Source: Deltaproteobacteria bacterium (lineage in GTDB: Bacteria > Myxococcota_A > Polyangia > Polyangiales > Houyiibacteriaceae). Taken from it: a DNA stretch of 64,000 bases. Positions 12,198 to 22,156 of the stretch are shown here, one piece after another. A program made the translations under genes and the position numbers. The notes beneath the pieces are model-generated. The model searched no databases. It was not told the origin of the DNA and saw nothing but the letters and a program-made list of their open reading frames with translations. Every line of letters begins with the position of its first letter. The first letter of the stretch is position 1. The stretch spans positions 64,001 through 128,000 of the forward strand of contig JAXMNT010000004.1 in assembly GCA_034670305.1 (NCBI GenBank), read 5' to 3'.

Positions 12198-12970
12198 TGT
12201 CTGAAGTCACCCTCCTCGCCCACGACGGCGCGATCAGCACCCTCACCATCAACCGCCCCGACAAGCTCAACGCGCTCAACGCCGCGGTGCTCGACGGCGT
12301 CAAAGCCGCGGTCGAAGCATGCGCCAAACGATCGACCCGCTGCCTCATCGTGACCGGTGCCGGCAAAGCGTTCGTCGCCGGTGCCGACATCGAAGCGATG
12401 GCGAACCTCTCGCCCGAAGAGGCGCGCGCGTTCAGCCGCCGGGGTCACGACACGGGCGTGGCGATGGAAGCGGCACCGTTCCCCATCGTCGCGGCCATCA
12501 ACGGCTTCGCCCTCGGCGGTGGCTGTGAACTCGCCATGGCCTGCGACTTCGCGTACGCATCCACCAAGGCGAAGCTCGGACAACCCGAAGTCAAACTCGG
12601 CGTCATCCCTGGCTTCGGCGGCACCCAGCGGCTCCTGCGCCGCGTGGGCGTCGCGATGGCGCGTGAACTCGTCTACACCGGCAAGATGATCGACGCTGCG
12701 GAAGCGCTCCGCATCGGCCTCGTGAACGCGGTGTACGAACCCGACGAGTTGATGCCGGCTGTCTTGAAGACCGCCCAAGCGATCGTCGCCAACGGACCGC
12801 TCGCCATCGGCGAAGCCAAGCAACTCTTCCTGGACGGCGCGGACATCGGTCTCGGAGACGCCAACGCACTCGAGGTCGAAGCGTTCGGCCGAGGCTTCGG
12901 CACCAAGGACCAAAAGGAAGGCATGAGCGCCTTCCTCGGCAAACGCGCCGCCGACTTCAAGGGCGAGTAA
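12197..12970 (+). CDS. crt: enoyl-CoA hydratase (crotonase)
   Basis: [19 protein letters not shown] and [23 protein letters not shown] coupling to hbd. Confidence 0.88.
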   Translation: MSEVTLLAHDGAISTLTINRPDKLNALNAAVLDGVKAAVEACAKRSTRCLIVTGAGKAFVAGADIEAMANLSPEEARAFSRRGHDTGVAMEAAPFPIVAAINGFALGGGCELAMACDFAYASTKAKLGQPEVKLGVIPGFGGTQRLLRRVGVAMARELVYTGKMIDAAEALRIGLVNAVYEPDELMPAVLKTAQAIVANGPLAIGEAKQLFLDGADIGLGDANALEVEAFGRGFGTKDQKEGMSAFLGKRAADFKGE

Positions 12971-13026
12971 CCGCGTCCCCGCACATCCGCCGGCTGCGAT
13001 ACCGTGGCCGGATGGAACGCACGCGC

Positions 13027-13803
13027 ATGGAACGCAGGGTTGCTCTGGTCACCGGCGCGTCCGCCGGGCTCGGTGTGGAATACGCGCGGCTCTTCGCGGC
13101 GGAAGGGCACGACGTGGTGCTGGTCGCGCGGCGCGAAGACGCGCTCGAGCGCGTGGCGGAGGAACTTCGCGCACAGGGCGTGCGCGCCCACGTGATCTGC
13201 GCCGACCTCTCCGAACGGGACGCGCCTCGGCGCATCGTCGAAGCCACGGACGCGCTCGACCTCGAGATCGAGTTCCTCGTGAACAACGCGGGGTTCGGCA
13301 GCCATGGGCGCTTCGACGAACTCGACCTCGGACGCGAGCTCTCGATGATCGAGGTGAACATCGGGGCGCTGATGCAGCTGACACACTTGTACCTCGAGCC
13401 GATGCTGCGTCGCCGGAGCGGGCGCATCCTCAACGTCGGGTCGGTCGCGGGGTTTCAGGCTGGGCCCTTCATGGCGACGTACTACGCGAGCAAAGCGTTC
13501 GTGAACCACTGGACCGAAGCGCTCGCGTTCGAGCTGCGCGGCACCGGCGTGACCGCGACGGTGAGTTGTCCGGGCGCGACCGAGACCGAGTTCGCGGAAG
13601 CCGCCGGCATGCAGGGCTCCAAGCTCACGAGTCGGGGCACCCTGGCCGACGCCGGGGAGGTCGCGCTGCACGGCTACCGCGCGATGATGGCGGGCAAGAC
13701 GATCTCGGTGGTGGGTTGGCGCAACGCGGCGCTCGCCCAATCCTCGCGGGTCGCGCCGCGTTCGGTGGTCCGGCGGGTCGCCGCCAAACTCAACCAGCCC
13801 TGA
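13027..13803 (+). CDS. short-chain dehydrogenase/reductase
   Basis: [15 protein letters not shown] and YYASK (YxxxK). Confidence 0.92.
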   Translation: MERRVALVTGASAGLGVEYARLFAAEGHDVVLVARREDALERVAEELRAQGVRAHVICADLSERDAPRRIVEATDALDLEIEFLVNNAGFGSHGRFDELDLGRELSMIEVNIGALMQLTHLYLEPMLRRRSGRILNVGSVAGFQAGPFMATYYASKAFVNHWTEALAFELRGTGVTATVSCPGATETEFAEAAGMQGSKLTSRGTLADAGEVALHGYRAMMAGKTISVVGWRNAALAQSSRVAPRSVVRRVAAKLNQP

Positions 13804-13842
13804 CGCGCATCGGTCGGACCGCGGCTTCCGAGCCCAAGCGGT

Positions 13843-15624
13843 TCAGCCGAGACGACGCGGCGCCGCGTAGTTCGCCCAGCGCAGGTCGTCTTCGCGTCGC
13901 AGCCGTACGCGGGCTGCGTACGCGCCAGGTTCGCCGCGGACCGCTTCTTCCAGTTCGTCCACGCTGAGGTAGAGCGCGTCGTCGTGTTCGTCGAGCACGG
14001 CTTCTTCGACCAGCCGCCGACCGACTTCGAGGCCCACCGCGCGAAGCCGTCCGATGCCCTGAGACACGACCTCCGCGACGCCACCCTTGGACCGCGCGAT
14101 GCGGCCGAGCAGCAACGACAGCGACGCCGCCATCACCCCGCGCATGCGACCAACGCCGAGCGCGGTCTTCTCCACCCGTTCCTCGGCGAGGCTGCGCGCG
14201 GTCTCCCGGCGCTCGTGTCCGCCGCCCTGTTGCACCCGGCGGAGCGCCGCGGCGAACGACTCGTCTGTGGCGCCGATGGCCACCGGTGTCACGTCGATGC
14301 CGAGCGGACGCACGCTGCGCATTTCGTCCCGGACCGCGTCCCAGCGTTCATGCAAGGACGAGTCGAGTTCGGCGCGTTCCACGATCGAGCCGTGCCGGTC
14401 CCGCACCGCCTTGCTGAGCGCGAGCAACTTCCCGTGGACCTTGCGGCGGCCGCGGGTCGCGTAGGGCGCCGCAAGCGCCGGGTAACACTCGCGCGGCAAG
14501 ACGCCGATGAGGGCCTCCATCGCTTCCAGCGTTCGGCGGGTGATCTCCCGCCCGTTGTCGAGCAGCAGGTAGCCCTCCGCCACGAACCGCTGCCGGTCCC
14601 GCAACGCGCTGAGGAGACCTTCGGAGTCGACGTCCTTCAGCCGCACCCGGTCGAGCGTCTCGAGCCGCGCGGTCGACGCGCGTTCGAATCGCAGGAACGA
14701 CGCGATCACCGGCGCCACCTCTCGGGTCGCCCCCGCAACTTCCGCGGAGGCCCGCGCGAATGCCCGGCGGTCTCGCCGGCCGAGCGTCGCGCCGGGCTCG
14801 CGGCGCCGGTAGGGACGCGCGTACACGCGGCGCACGTTGGCTTCGACCTGAGGCCCAGGCTCCTCGGAAGCGAACGCGCGGTCGAGCGCGTCGATCGCGA
14901 GCGGCGCGACCGTGCCTTCGTCGGCGGCCACGAGCGCGACCCGGCGCCACACGCCGTCGGTGAAGGTGGCATCGAAGGTCAACGGCAAGAGCGTCAGCAC
15001 GACGGGGCGGCCGTGCTGGACCACCCACTCGATCTCGACCGGCAGGCCGAGCGCGAGTTGCACCCGGTCGACGAGGTCGGCGACCTGCTCGGCCTTGTGG
15101 ACGTCGAGTCCTTCGCCCTTCTCTTCCATCCGGCCCGACCGGCGGTCGATCCGCCACGGAGACGCGCGGTGGCCGCGACTCCACACCGAGAGCCCGTCGG
15201 GGTCCCCGACGACGTCGGCGCTCGCCGCGCCGCCGGGCAGCGCCTCGCTGCCGACCACCCGCACCGGGATGGACCCGCCGAGAAGCGTGGCGCCTTCTTC
15301 GAGCAGGCCACGCAGGACTTCGAGCGCCGGACCGGCGTCGCCTTCACCGACGTCCAGGGTGCCTTCTGGCACCCGGGCGCCGAGACCCATCGCTGGGTAG
15401 AACGGACGCAGCACCACCGACTTGCCATCGCGCCGCGCGGCTTCGACGGTGCCGAGCAAGGTATCGGGCAGCGTGCGGTAGGTCAGGTAGAGCAACGCGC
15501 CGCGCGCCACCGGCACGCCGACCTCGAGCAGACGCGCCAGGTCGCGCGCCTCCTGCCCGTCCGCGTCGCCGACCCGCAGGCCTTCGAGCGGTCGAGACTC
15601 CACGCCCGCTTCGTGCTCGGTCAA
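13843..15624 (-). CDS. degenerate PEP-synthase/rifampin-phosphotransferase-like protein lacking the phospho-His domain
   Basis: GLPVEIEWVVQHGRPVVLTLLPL resembles the PQDIEW...ILQxRPIT end of the ATP-grasp domain. The C-terminus (DDALYLSVDEL...RREDDLRWANYAAPRRL) resembles the end of the RPH middle domain. TTG start overlaps the thiolase stop. Confidence 0.55.
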   Translation of the reverse strand: MTEHEAGVESRPLEGLRVGDADGQEARDLARLLEVGVPVARGALLYLTYRTLPDTLLGTVEAARRDGKSVVLRPFYPAMGLGARVPEGTLDVGEGDAGPALEVLRGLLEEGATLLGGSIPVRVVGSEALPGGAASADVVGDPDGLSVWSRGHRASPWRIDRRSGRMEEKGEGLDVHKAEQVADLVDRVQLALGLPVEIEWVVQHGRPVVLTLLPLTFDATFTDGVWRRVALVAADEGTVAPLAIDALDRAFASEEPGPQVEANVRRVYARPYRRREPGATLGRRDRRAFARASAEVAGATREVAPVIASFLRFERASTARLETLDRVRLKDVDSEGLLSALRDRQRFVAEGYLLLDNGREITRRTLEAMEALIGVLPRECYPALAAPYATRGRRKVHGKLLALSKAVRDRHGSIVERAELDSSLHERWDAVRDEMRSVRPLGIDVTPVAIGATDESFAAALRRVQQGGGHERRETARSLAEERVEKTALGVGRMRGVMAASLSLLLGRIARSKGGVAEVVSQGIGRLRAVGLEVGRRLVEEAVLDEHDDALYLSVDELEEAVRGEPGAYAARVRLRREDDLRWANYAAPRRLG

Positions 15625-16796
15625 ACGCGCTCGACGACGACGGCCGCGGCTTCACCGCCACCGATGCAAAGGGTCGCGAGACCGCGCGAGAGGCCGCGGT
15701 CCTCGAGCGCCGAGAGCAGCGTGACGAGGATGCGTGCGCCGGAACAGCCGATCGGGTGCCCGAGCGCCACGGCGCCGCCCCACACGTTCATCTTGTCGTG
15801 TGGCACGGACGCCTTCGACACACACGCCATGCTGACCACCGCGAAGGCTTCGTTGACCTCCCAGAGATCGATGTCTTCCGGCTTGAGGCCGGTGCGCGCG
15901 AGGGTGGTTTCGATCGCGCCGACGGGCGCGGTGGTGAACCACTCGGGCGCCTGCGCGTGGCCGCCGTAGCCGACGATGCGGGCGAGCGGCTTCAGGCCGT
16001 GGGCTTTGACCGCGTCGCCGCTGGCGAGCACGAGCGCCGCGCCGCCGTCGTTGATCTTCGAGGCGTTGGCCGCGGTGATCGTTCCGTCCTTCTCGAACGC
16101 CGGACGCAAGGTCGACATCTTGTCGAAGCGGGCGCGGCCGGGCTCTTCGTCGGTGTCGACGACGGTGTCGCCCTTGCGGCCCTTGATGGTCACCGGGGTG
16201 ATCTCACGGCCGAGCTTGCCGTCCTTCTGGGCGGCGATGGCCCGCTCGTACGAGGTCTTCGCGAACTCGTCCTGCGCCTCGCGCGAGAACCCGAACTCGC
16301 GGGCACACATCTCGCCGGCCTTGCCCATGTGAAAGTCGTTGTACGGGTCCCAGAGGCCGTCGTGCACCATCGAGTCGACCGCGGTCTGGTTGCCCATGCG
16401 CATGCCGGCCCGCGCGGTCGGCAGCAGGTAGGGCGCCAGGCTCATGTTCTCCATGCCGCCCGCGACCACGATGGACGCGTCGTCGAGTTTGATGCTCTTG
16501 GTGCCGAGGATCACCGACATCAATCCGGAGCCGCAGACCTTGCCCACCGTGGTGGCCGGCGTCTTGTCTGGGATGCCGCCCGCTTTGGCCGCCTGGCGCG
16601 CCGGTGCTTGTCCGATGCCCGCCGTGAGCACGTTGCCCATGTAGGTCTCGTCGACCGCGTCGCCCGAGACCTTCGCGCGCTCGAGTGCAGCCCGAATGGC
16701 GACTGCCCCGAGCTCCGGTGCGGCGACCGAAGAGAGTGCGCCCTGGAAGGAGCCAATGGCGGTCCTGGCCGCACCCACGATGAACACTTCCGTCAT
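15621..16796 (-). CDS. acetyl-CoA C-acetyltransferase (thiolase)
   Basis: KVCGSG, NEAF, GHPIGCSG and CIGGG catalytic motifs. Confidence 0.96.
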   Translation of the reverse strand: MTEVFIVGAARTAIGSFQGALSSVAAPELGAVAIRAALERAKVSGDAVDETYMGNVLTAGIGQAPARQAAKAGGIPDKTPATTVGKVCGSGLMSVILGTKSIKLDDASIVVAGGMENMSLAPYLLPTARAGMRMGNQTAVDSMVHDGLWDPYNDFHMGKAGEMCAREFGFSREAQDEFAKTSYERAIAAQKDGKLGREITPVTIKGRKGDTVVDTDEEPGRARFDKMSTLRPAFEKDGTITAANASKINDGGAALVLASGDAVKAHGLKPLARIVGYGGHAQAPEWFTTAPVGAIETTLARTGLKPEDIDLWEVNEAFAVVSMACVSKASVPHDKMNVWGGAVALGHPIGCSGARILVTLLSALEDRGLSRGLATLCIGGGEAAAVVVERV

Positions 16797-17052
16797 GAGA
16801 CGTTCATGTCACGCGGAGGCTCAGACGTCTACACCGGCACCTCGGTCCGGGACGCCTGTGCCTCACAACCCACGGACTTCCCGGCGTTTTCCGGGATCCT
16901 ACGCCGCGGCAGGGCACCCCGCAGGAGCTCCGTGAACGACTCGGAGAACGCGTGGAGCGAACGAATAGGGAATGGACGTGCCTATGTGCTTGGGCGCCAG
17001 AAACGGTCGCTCCCCATCGAGCCGATGGGACGACATCGGCACCGAGCGCATG

Positions 17053-18330
17053 TCAGGGGTCGGAGGGGGGAGTGGCGGCGTAGAGGATGGCGTCGTTGGC
17101 CATGAAGTAGAGGACTTGGTCGCCGATCGTGGCCGGGCCGGGGAACGCGAAGGACGCGCCGCCGCCGGGAAGGTCCGTGCGGTGCGCTGGGATCTCGGAG
17201 ACCCAGATGTCCGTGCCGTCGGCGACGTCGATCGCGCTGCCGCCGCCGCTTCCGAAGTGCATGCGCCCGGCGCCGTCGAGGGTTCCGCTGGCGTCGATGT
17301 TCGGGTGGGTCGGTCGCTCCCAGAGGATGCGGCCGGTCCGATCGACCGCGACCATCGCTTCGCCTTCTTTGACGTACGCGGTGCCGTCCACGCCCACCGA
17401 CAGAGATCGGGTGCCGCCACCCCACGGGGCCTGAGGGAGATCGATGCGGAACCGTTCCACCCCGGTCGGTTCCAACACGACCAGCACCGCCTTGGTGGTG
17501 CGCTCGGTCCAGAGTTCGATGTAGATGGCGCCGTCGTTCGCGATCGCCGGTCCCCCCACGACTTGGCCATCCTCGGAGAGCATCGTTTGCCACGCGAGCG
17601 CACCCGTCCGATCGATGGCGGAGAGCCGCGCCTGGGGGGCGTCGAAGGTGCCGAGCCGTTCGCCGTAGACGATCTGGTCGTCGGGTCCGAGTGCGAGCGC
17701 GTGGTGGAACAGCCCAGTCGCCTCGGTCCGCCAGAGCGGCGTGCCGTCCGGTCCCACGGCGTCGACCGCCAGCGTGTCGTCGCCGATGCGGCCAAAGAAG
17801 TACAACGCGCCCTCGTCGCCGACGCCGATGAACTGGGACGCGCCTTCTGGGAGCGTGACCCGGCGAAGCTCGGCGCCGTCGGCGGGGTCGAGCCAGACAC
17901 CATCGGCGGGGCCGAATCGATTCTCCGTCACGAACACCGAGCCGTCTTCCAGCAGACTCGGGCTGCCGACGACGCCCTCGAACATCACCCGCCACGCGAT
18001 GGTTCCGCGGTCCCCTCGGTCGTCGACGGCAGAGAGCACGTTGCGGCTCCGCACGTAGAGGCGCCCCCCAGGCGCCACCGCGAACCGCTGCGTGCGATCC
18101 CCCTCTTCGGGGAACTCCAGCTGCCAGCGCAGCTCGGGCGGGACGTCCGGAAGCACGTGCGGGCTGCGGTTCGCGCGGGTCGGACAGTACCCGGGCGTCG
18201 GCGACGGTGCGCCGGCCTGGTACGCGCCCGGACAATCTCCGAGCACATAGACGTCGTGGCTCTCGTAGCAGCCCGCCACGACGAACGTCGCAAGCACTGC
18301 TGTGCCAACCAGAGAGACGCGCATCGGCAC
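17053..18330 (-). CDS. PQQ-like beta-propeller lipoprotein
   Basis: Lipobox VAGC and repeated 'AVxxDG-x3-W' blade motifs. Confidence 0.75.
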   Translation of the reverse strand: MPMRVSLVGTAVLATFVVAGCYESHDVYVLGDCPGAYQAGAPSPTPGYCPTRANRSPHVLPDVPPELRWQLEFPEEGDRTQRFAVAPGGRLYVRSRNVLSAVDDRGDRGTIAWRVMFEGVVGSPSLLEDGSVFVTENRFGPADGVWLDPADGAELRRVTLPEGASQFIGVGDEGALYFFGRIGDDTLAVDAVGPDGTPLWRTEATGLFHHALALGPDDQIVYGERLGTFDAPQARLSAIDRTGALAWQTMLSEDGQVVGGPAIANDGAIYIELWTERTTKAVLVVLEPTGVERFRIDLPQAPWGGGTRSLSVGVDGTAYVKEGEAMVAVDRTGRILWERPTHPNIDASGTLDGAGRMHFGSGGGSAIDVADGTDIWVSEIPAHRTDLPGGGASFAFPGPATIGDQVLYFMANDAILYAATPPSDP

Positions 18331-18380
18331 ATCCTACCCGGCCGGGTCGAACGCACCAGCGACCGTCAAAGAAGCGGCTA

Positions 18381-18893
18381 TCAGTTCAAGCCCTTGCGCT
18401 TGCGCAGCTGGGCCATGACTTTTTCGTACTCGACTTCGAAGGCGCCGGTGCCCTCTTCGAGGTTTTTGATCTTGGAGCGGACCTCGACGTCGAGTTCGTC
18501 TTCTTGGCTCGTGTTCTTCCGGAGCACGTCGGTGATCTTCTTCCGAAGGATGTTGTCCTCCGCGTAGACCTCTTCGATGTTCGCGCTGTGGAAGAGCATG
18601 GTCATGATCTGCTGCACGAGGAAGGGCAGCTGCTCGTCGCTGGCGGGGAAGCCCATCTCCTTGGCGACCTGGTTCTTGGTCTTGCCGAGAAGCGAGTAGC
18701 TGATGCCGGCCCGCTCCATGCGGTTCTTGGCTTCGTCGACCACCTGGCGCTCGCGGCGGATGAACTCCTTGAGGATGGACTCGAAGTCGAGTTTCACCTC
18801 TTCGCCGTTGGCGACTTCGATGTCGTCTTCGGCGGTCAGCGCGGTCAGCAACTGCTCCGAGATCATGCCGACTTTGCCCGTGTACAGCTTCAT
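18381..18893 (-). CDS. DUF507-like protein
   Basis: MKLYTGKV start and C-terminal EVRSKIKNLEEGT...YEKVMAQLRKRKGL resemble deltaproteobacterial DUF507 proteins. Confidence 0.65.
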   Translation of the reverse strand: MKLYTGKVGMISEQLLTALTAEDDIEVANGEEVKLDFESILKEFIRRERQVVDEAKNRMERAGISYSLLGKTKNQVAKEMGFPASDEQLPFLVQQIMTMLFHSANIEEVYAEDNILRKKITDVLRKNTSQEDELDVEVRSKIKNLEEGTGAFEVEYEKVMAQLRKRKGLN

Positions 18894-19171
18894 GTCGCCG
18901 TGCGTAGTCGGATTCGCGATGGAGCGCAACGGGCCAGCGCCAACGATCCGTGCGCAGACGCGGAAACGCCGATCCGGGGTTCAGCTTTTCGGAGGAGGAC
19001 CGGATGCTCGCGGGTGGCCCGGATGGGAACCTGGTGGTGGGTTCGGTACGCCGCCTCGCCCCGGCTCGAAGGACGTCGAGAAGGTGCCGGCCCGCTCGCC
19101 GCCCACGAACAGGATCGTGTCGCCCAAGAGGACGTCGTCCGCGGCAGTTGCGCGCCTAGTGTGTACAGGAG

Positions 19172-19774
19172 CTACTCGGCGGCGAGGCGTTCGCGCATCT
19201 TGCCGAGCAGGCCGTCGAAGCCGTCGCGGCGCACGATGCGGTCGAACTGGCGCCGGTAGTTCTGCACCATGCTCAGTCCGTCGTCGATCGTCAGGTCGAA
19301 AACGCGCCACGCGCCGCCCACCTGATGCATCGTGTAGTCGATGGAGACCGCGGGGGCGCGGCGGTTGTTGGTGTCGCGGGCTTCCGTTCGAACCAGCACG
19401 CTGCCGCCGGTCTGCGCTTCGGCGCTCTCGTAGTTGACGGCGTACTGGAGGGTGCGGTCGAGGTTGCTCCGGTAGCTGCGCGCGACGAGCTGCTTGAGGA
19501 GCTCCACGAACTCGGTGCGCTGCGCTTCGGTGAGCCCGGCCCAGTGGGCTTCGAGCGCGCGCCGGCTCAGCTCCTGGTAGTCGAGCAGACCTTCGATGAG
19601 CGTGGAGATCTCGCGCTCACGGGCCGGACCGGCCGGACGGCGCAGGACGCGCTCGAAGCGGGTCTGGTTCTGCTCGAGGGCTCGCTGGGCGGCGGCTGGC
19701 TGAGCGAACACCGGGGCGTCACCGAGGATCGCGAGACAGAGGAGGGTCACGAAGAGCGCAGAGATGCGTCGCAT
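19172..19774 (-). CDS. MlaC/Ttg2D-family periplasmic lipid-binding protein
   Basis: Signal peptide, LSRRALEAHW, IDYTM...WRVFDLTIDDGLSMVQNYRRQF. Confidence 0.88.
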   Translation of the reverse strand: MRRISALFVTLLCLAILGDAPVFAQPAAAQRALEQNQTRFERVLRRPAGPAREREISTLIEGLLDYQELSRRALEAHWAGLTEAQRTEFVELLKQLVARSYRSNLDRTLQYAVNYESAEAQTGGSVLVRTEARDTNNRRAPAVSIDYTMHQVGGAWRVFDLTIDDGLSMVQNYRRQFDRIVRRDGFDGLLGKMRERLAAE

Positions 19775-19820
19775 GGTCGTTCTGACGTTCGAGAGGGGGT
19801 GGGTATTCGGACCCTGGGGT

Positions 19821-21182
19821 TCAATCACAGGAGACTTCCCAGTCGGCCGGGGCGAGCAGTCGGGTGCCGGTGGTGCGTTCCAGTTCGGCGAGCGCGGTGT
19901 TGAGGCCTTGGACGGCTTGCAGGTGCTCGAAGCGGGCGGAGAAATACGCTTTGAGCGCGTCCATCATGTCCTTGGGCGAGGCCGCGCCGACATCGAGTGC
20001 CTGCGCCGCACTCACCAGCCACGCCCGCGTCTGCCGTTCGCCCTCGGCCCACGCCTCTTCCCGGCGGACCGCGTCCTGGTGCGCTTCGAACGCGAGCTCG
20101 ACCTCGAGCCGAATGCCGCTTCGCGCAAGCTCCGCCTGCGCGCGCGTCTGCTCGAGTTCCGCACGCACCCGGCGGACGCGGTGCACGTTGCCGACGAAGT
20201 CGAGGTTCCAGCGCATGACGAGTCCGAAGCCGAGCGCGGGGCGGTTGCCGTCATCGCGGATGAACGGGTTCTCGATGTCGGTCACGCCAGGCGCCCACGA
20301 GTAGCTCGCGGAGAGGCCGAGTCCGAAGTCGGGCGCGAAGCCGGCCCGCTGTGCCGAGAGCGCCGCTTCACGGGCATCCAGAGCCGCCTCCAGCATGCCG
20401 AGCTCGGGGCGGGCGCCCGACTGGCGCAGCAGGTCCGTCAGCGGGGTATCCGGCAAAGCGAGCGGCGCGGAGGGGCAATCCGAGATCTCCATCGACTCCA
20501 GGCCGGTCAAGGCTCGGAGCGCCGCCTCGCTGCTCCTTCGCAAGCGTCCGGCTTCCGAACGGCGCGCCTGGACCTCCGCCAACCCGGCCGCGAGGCGAAA
20601 CCGATCCATCGGATCGGTGTCCGGGTCGTTCTCCGCGATCGCTTCATCCAGGCCACGGATGGCGCGCTCGAGTTTGCCGATGCCCTCCGAGATCATCTGC
20701 TCGAGATCGAGGGCCAACTGCAGCGCGAAGTAGGCGCGGCGCACGTCGTAGCGAAGGCGCGCCAACGTGCGCGAGCGGCTCGCCGTGGCGGCTCGCGCGC
20801 CCGCACGCGCCGCCCGCCGCGCGTTCCGAAGTTTGCCGCCCGTGTAGAGCGGAATCGCACCACGCACCCCGATGGAGGCGGCGGGCGCCCAGCCGTTGCC
20901 CAGCGAGAGCTGATCCTGGTCCGAGAAGATGGGGGTGCCCGACGAACGCGGCGCCACGGTGAACCCGGCGGTGGCCTCGAAGCGGAAGAAGGGAGAGAGC
21001 CTCACTTCGTCGAGGCGTGCTTGTGCAGCACGTGCGGCGGCTTCGTCGGCTTCCAACGCGGGGTAATGGGCTTCGGCGGCTTCGACGAGCGACGCGAGGT
21101 CCCGGCGCGCGGGCTGCGCCTCTGCCCCCGCACCCATCCAGGCAACGAGAACCCCCAACCCCGCAACGACCCCAACCCGCAT
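19821..21182 (-). CDS. TolC-family outer membrane protein
   Basis: Signal peptide from ATG 21182 and two OEP-like repeats (IPLYTGG, VRRAYFAL, RPEL). The longer upstream ORF extension is only repeat DNA. Confidence 0.85.
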   Translation of the reverse strand: MRVGVVAGLGVLVAWMGAGAEAQPARRDLASLVEAAEAHYPALEADEAAARAAQARLDEVRLSPFFRFEATAGFTVAPRSSGTPIFSDQDQLSLGNGWAPAASIGVRGAIPLYTGGKLRNARRAARAGARAATASRSRTLARLRYDVRRAYFALQLALDLEQMISEGIGKLERAIRGLDEAIAENDPDTDPMDRFRLAAGLAEVQARRSEAGRLRRSSEAALRALTGLESMEISDCPSAPLALPDTPLTDLLRQSGARPELGMLEAALDAREAALSAQRAGFAPDFGLGLSASYSWAPGVTDIENPFIRDDGNRPALGFGLVMRWNLDFVGNVHRVRRVRAELEQTRAQAELARSGIRLEVELAFEAHQDAVRREEAWAEGERQTRAWLVSAAQALDVGAASPKDMMDALKAYFSARFEHLQAVQGLNTALAELERTTGTRLLAPADWEVSCD

Positions 21183-21240
21183 ACCCGAGCGGCATAGCGT
21201 GGATCCGCCACCGGATCGACACCCATCGGGCCGGGCGGGG

Positions 21241-21414
21241 TCGGCATCGGCATCGGCATCGGCATCGGCATCGGCATCGGCATCGGCATCGGCATCGGCA
21301 TCGGCATCGGCCTCGGCATCGGCCTCGGCATCGGCTTCGGCATCGGCGTCGGCGTCGGCGTCGGCGTCGGCATCGGCTTCCGGCTTCGGCGTCGCCTTCG
21401 GCATCGGCATCGGC
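21241..21414. repeat. hexamer tract A, (TCGGCN)n, intergenic skp-tolC
   Basis: Eleven perfect TCGGCA units followed by TCGGCC/TCGGCT/TCGGCG variants. Confidence 0.95.
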
Positions 21415-21495
21415 GGCCGCCGCATCGCACTCCAAAGAGAAAAGGACGGCCCACCTCGTGGTGCCGTCCTTGGTCTCGTCGAGAACCGCTCGGGT

Positions 21496-22062
21496 TCAGC
21501 GCATGCTGCTCATGCCCATCCCCATGCCCATCGAAGATGCGCCGGGCCGGGTATTGTATTGCTGGATCACCTGGTCCGTCAGATCCAGGTTGCCCGGCAC
21601 CCACACCACGCCCCCTTCGTTGGCCTCGATGATCATCGTGTAGCCATCGGTCTGGCCGATGCGCCGCAGGATCTCCTGCATGCGCTCGAGGATGACCTTG
21701 GTCAGCTGGGCTTCCTTCTGGGCGAGCTCGCGCTGGTATTCGACGTAGGTCGACTGCAGCTCGATGAACGCCTTCTGGTACTCCTCGAGGCGCTTCTGAA
21801 GCGCTTCCTGGCTGAGCACGTTCTTCTGGCGCTCGATGTCTTCCTTCATCTTCTTCAGCTTCTCTTGCGCTGCATCGAGCGCCTTCTGTCGGCGTCGGAA
21901 GAGGCGCTTGAGCCGGTTCTTGGCGCTGCGGCCATCCTCGGTCTCATTGAGGGCGCGCTGAAGGTCGACGACCGCGATCTTCGTCTGGGCATACAGTTCG
22001 CCTGCGATCTGGCTGACGACGAGTGCGGCGACGAGAGTAACAACGTGACGACTGAAGCTCAT
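21496..22062 (-). CDS. skp: OmpH/Skp periplasmic chaperone
   Basis: Signal peptide, KIAVVDLQRAL, coiled coil, DLTDQVI. Directly downstream of bamA. Confidence 0.92.
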   Translation of the reverse strand: MSFSRHVVTLVAALVVSQIAGELYAQTKIAVVDLQRALNETEDGRSAKNRLKRLFRRRQKALDAAQEKLKKMKEDIERQKNVLSQEALQKRLEEYQKAFIELQSTYVEYQRELAQKEAQLTKVILERMQEILRRIGQTDGYTMIIEANEGGVVWVPGNLDLTDQVIQQYNTRPGASSMGMGMGMSSMR

Positions 22063-22156
22063 GAAGAAGGGGTTCCTTTCGGCGACTCGTAAACTTGGTC
22101 GCCTGGAGGGTCAAGGCTCCGACGGTCCGGAGCGTTGGGCATTCAAAGAATGGGGG

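Noticed and set aside
21002-22092. Long ORFs with PMPMPK, SASASA or RCRCR runs (also around 47.5-51, 52.2-56.8 and 59.6-61.9 kb)
   Set aside because: They are read-throughs of stop-free hexamer DNA and antisense shadows of real genes in high-GC sequence
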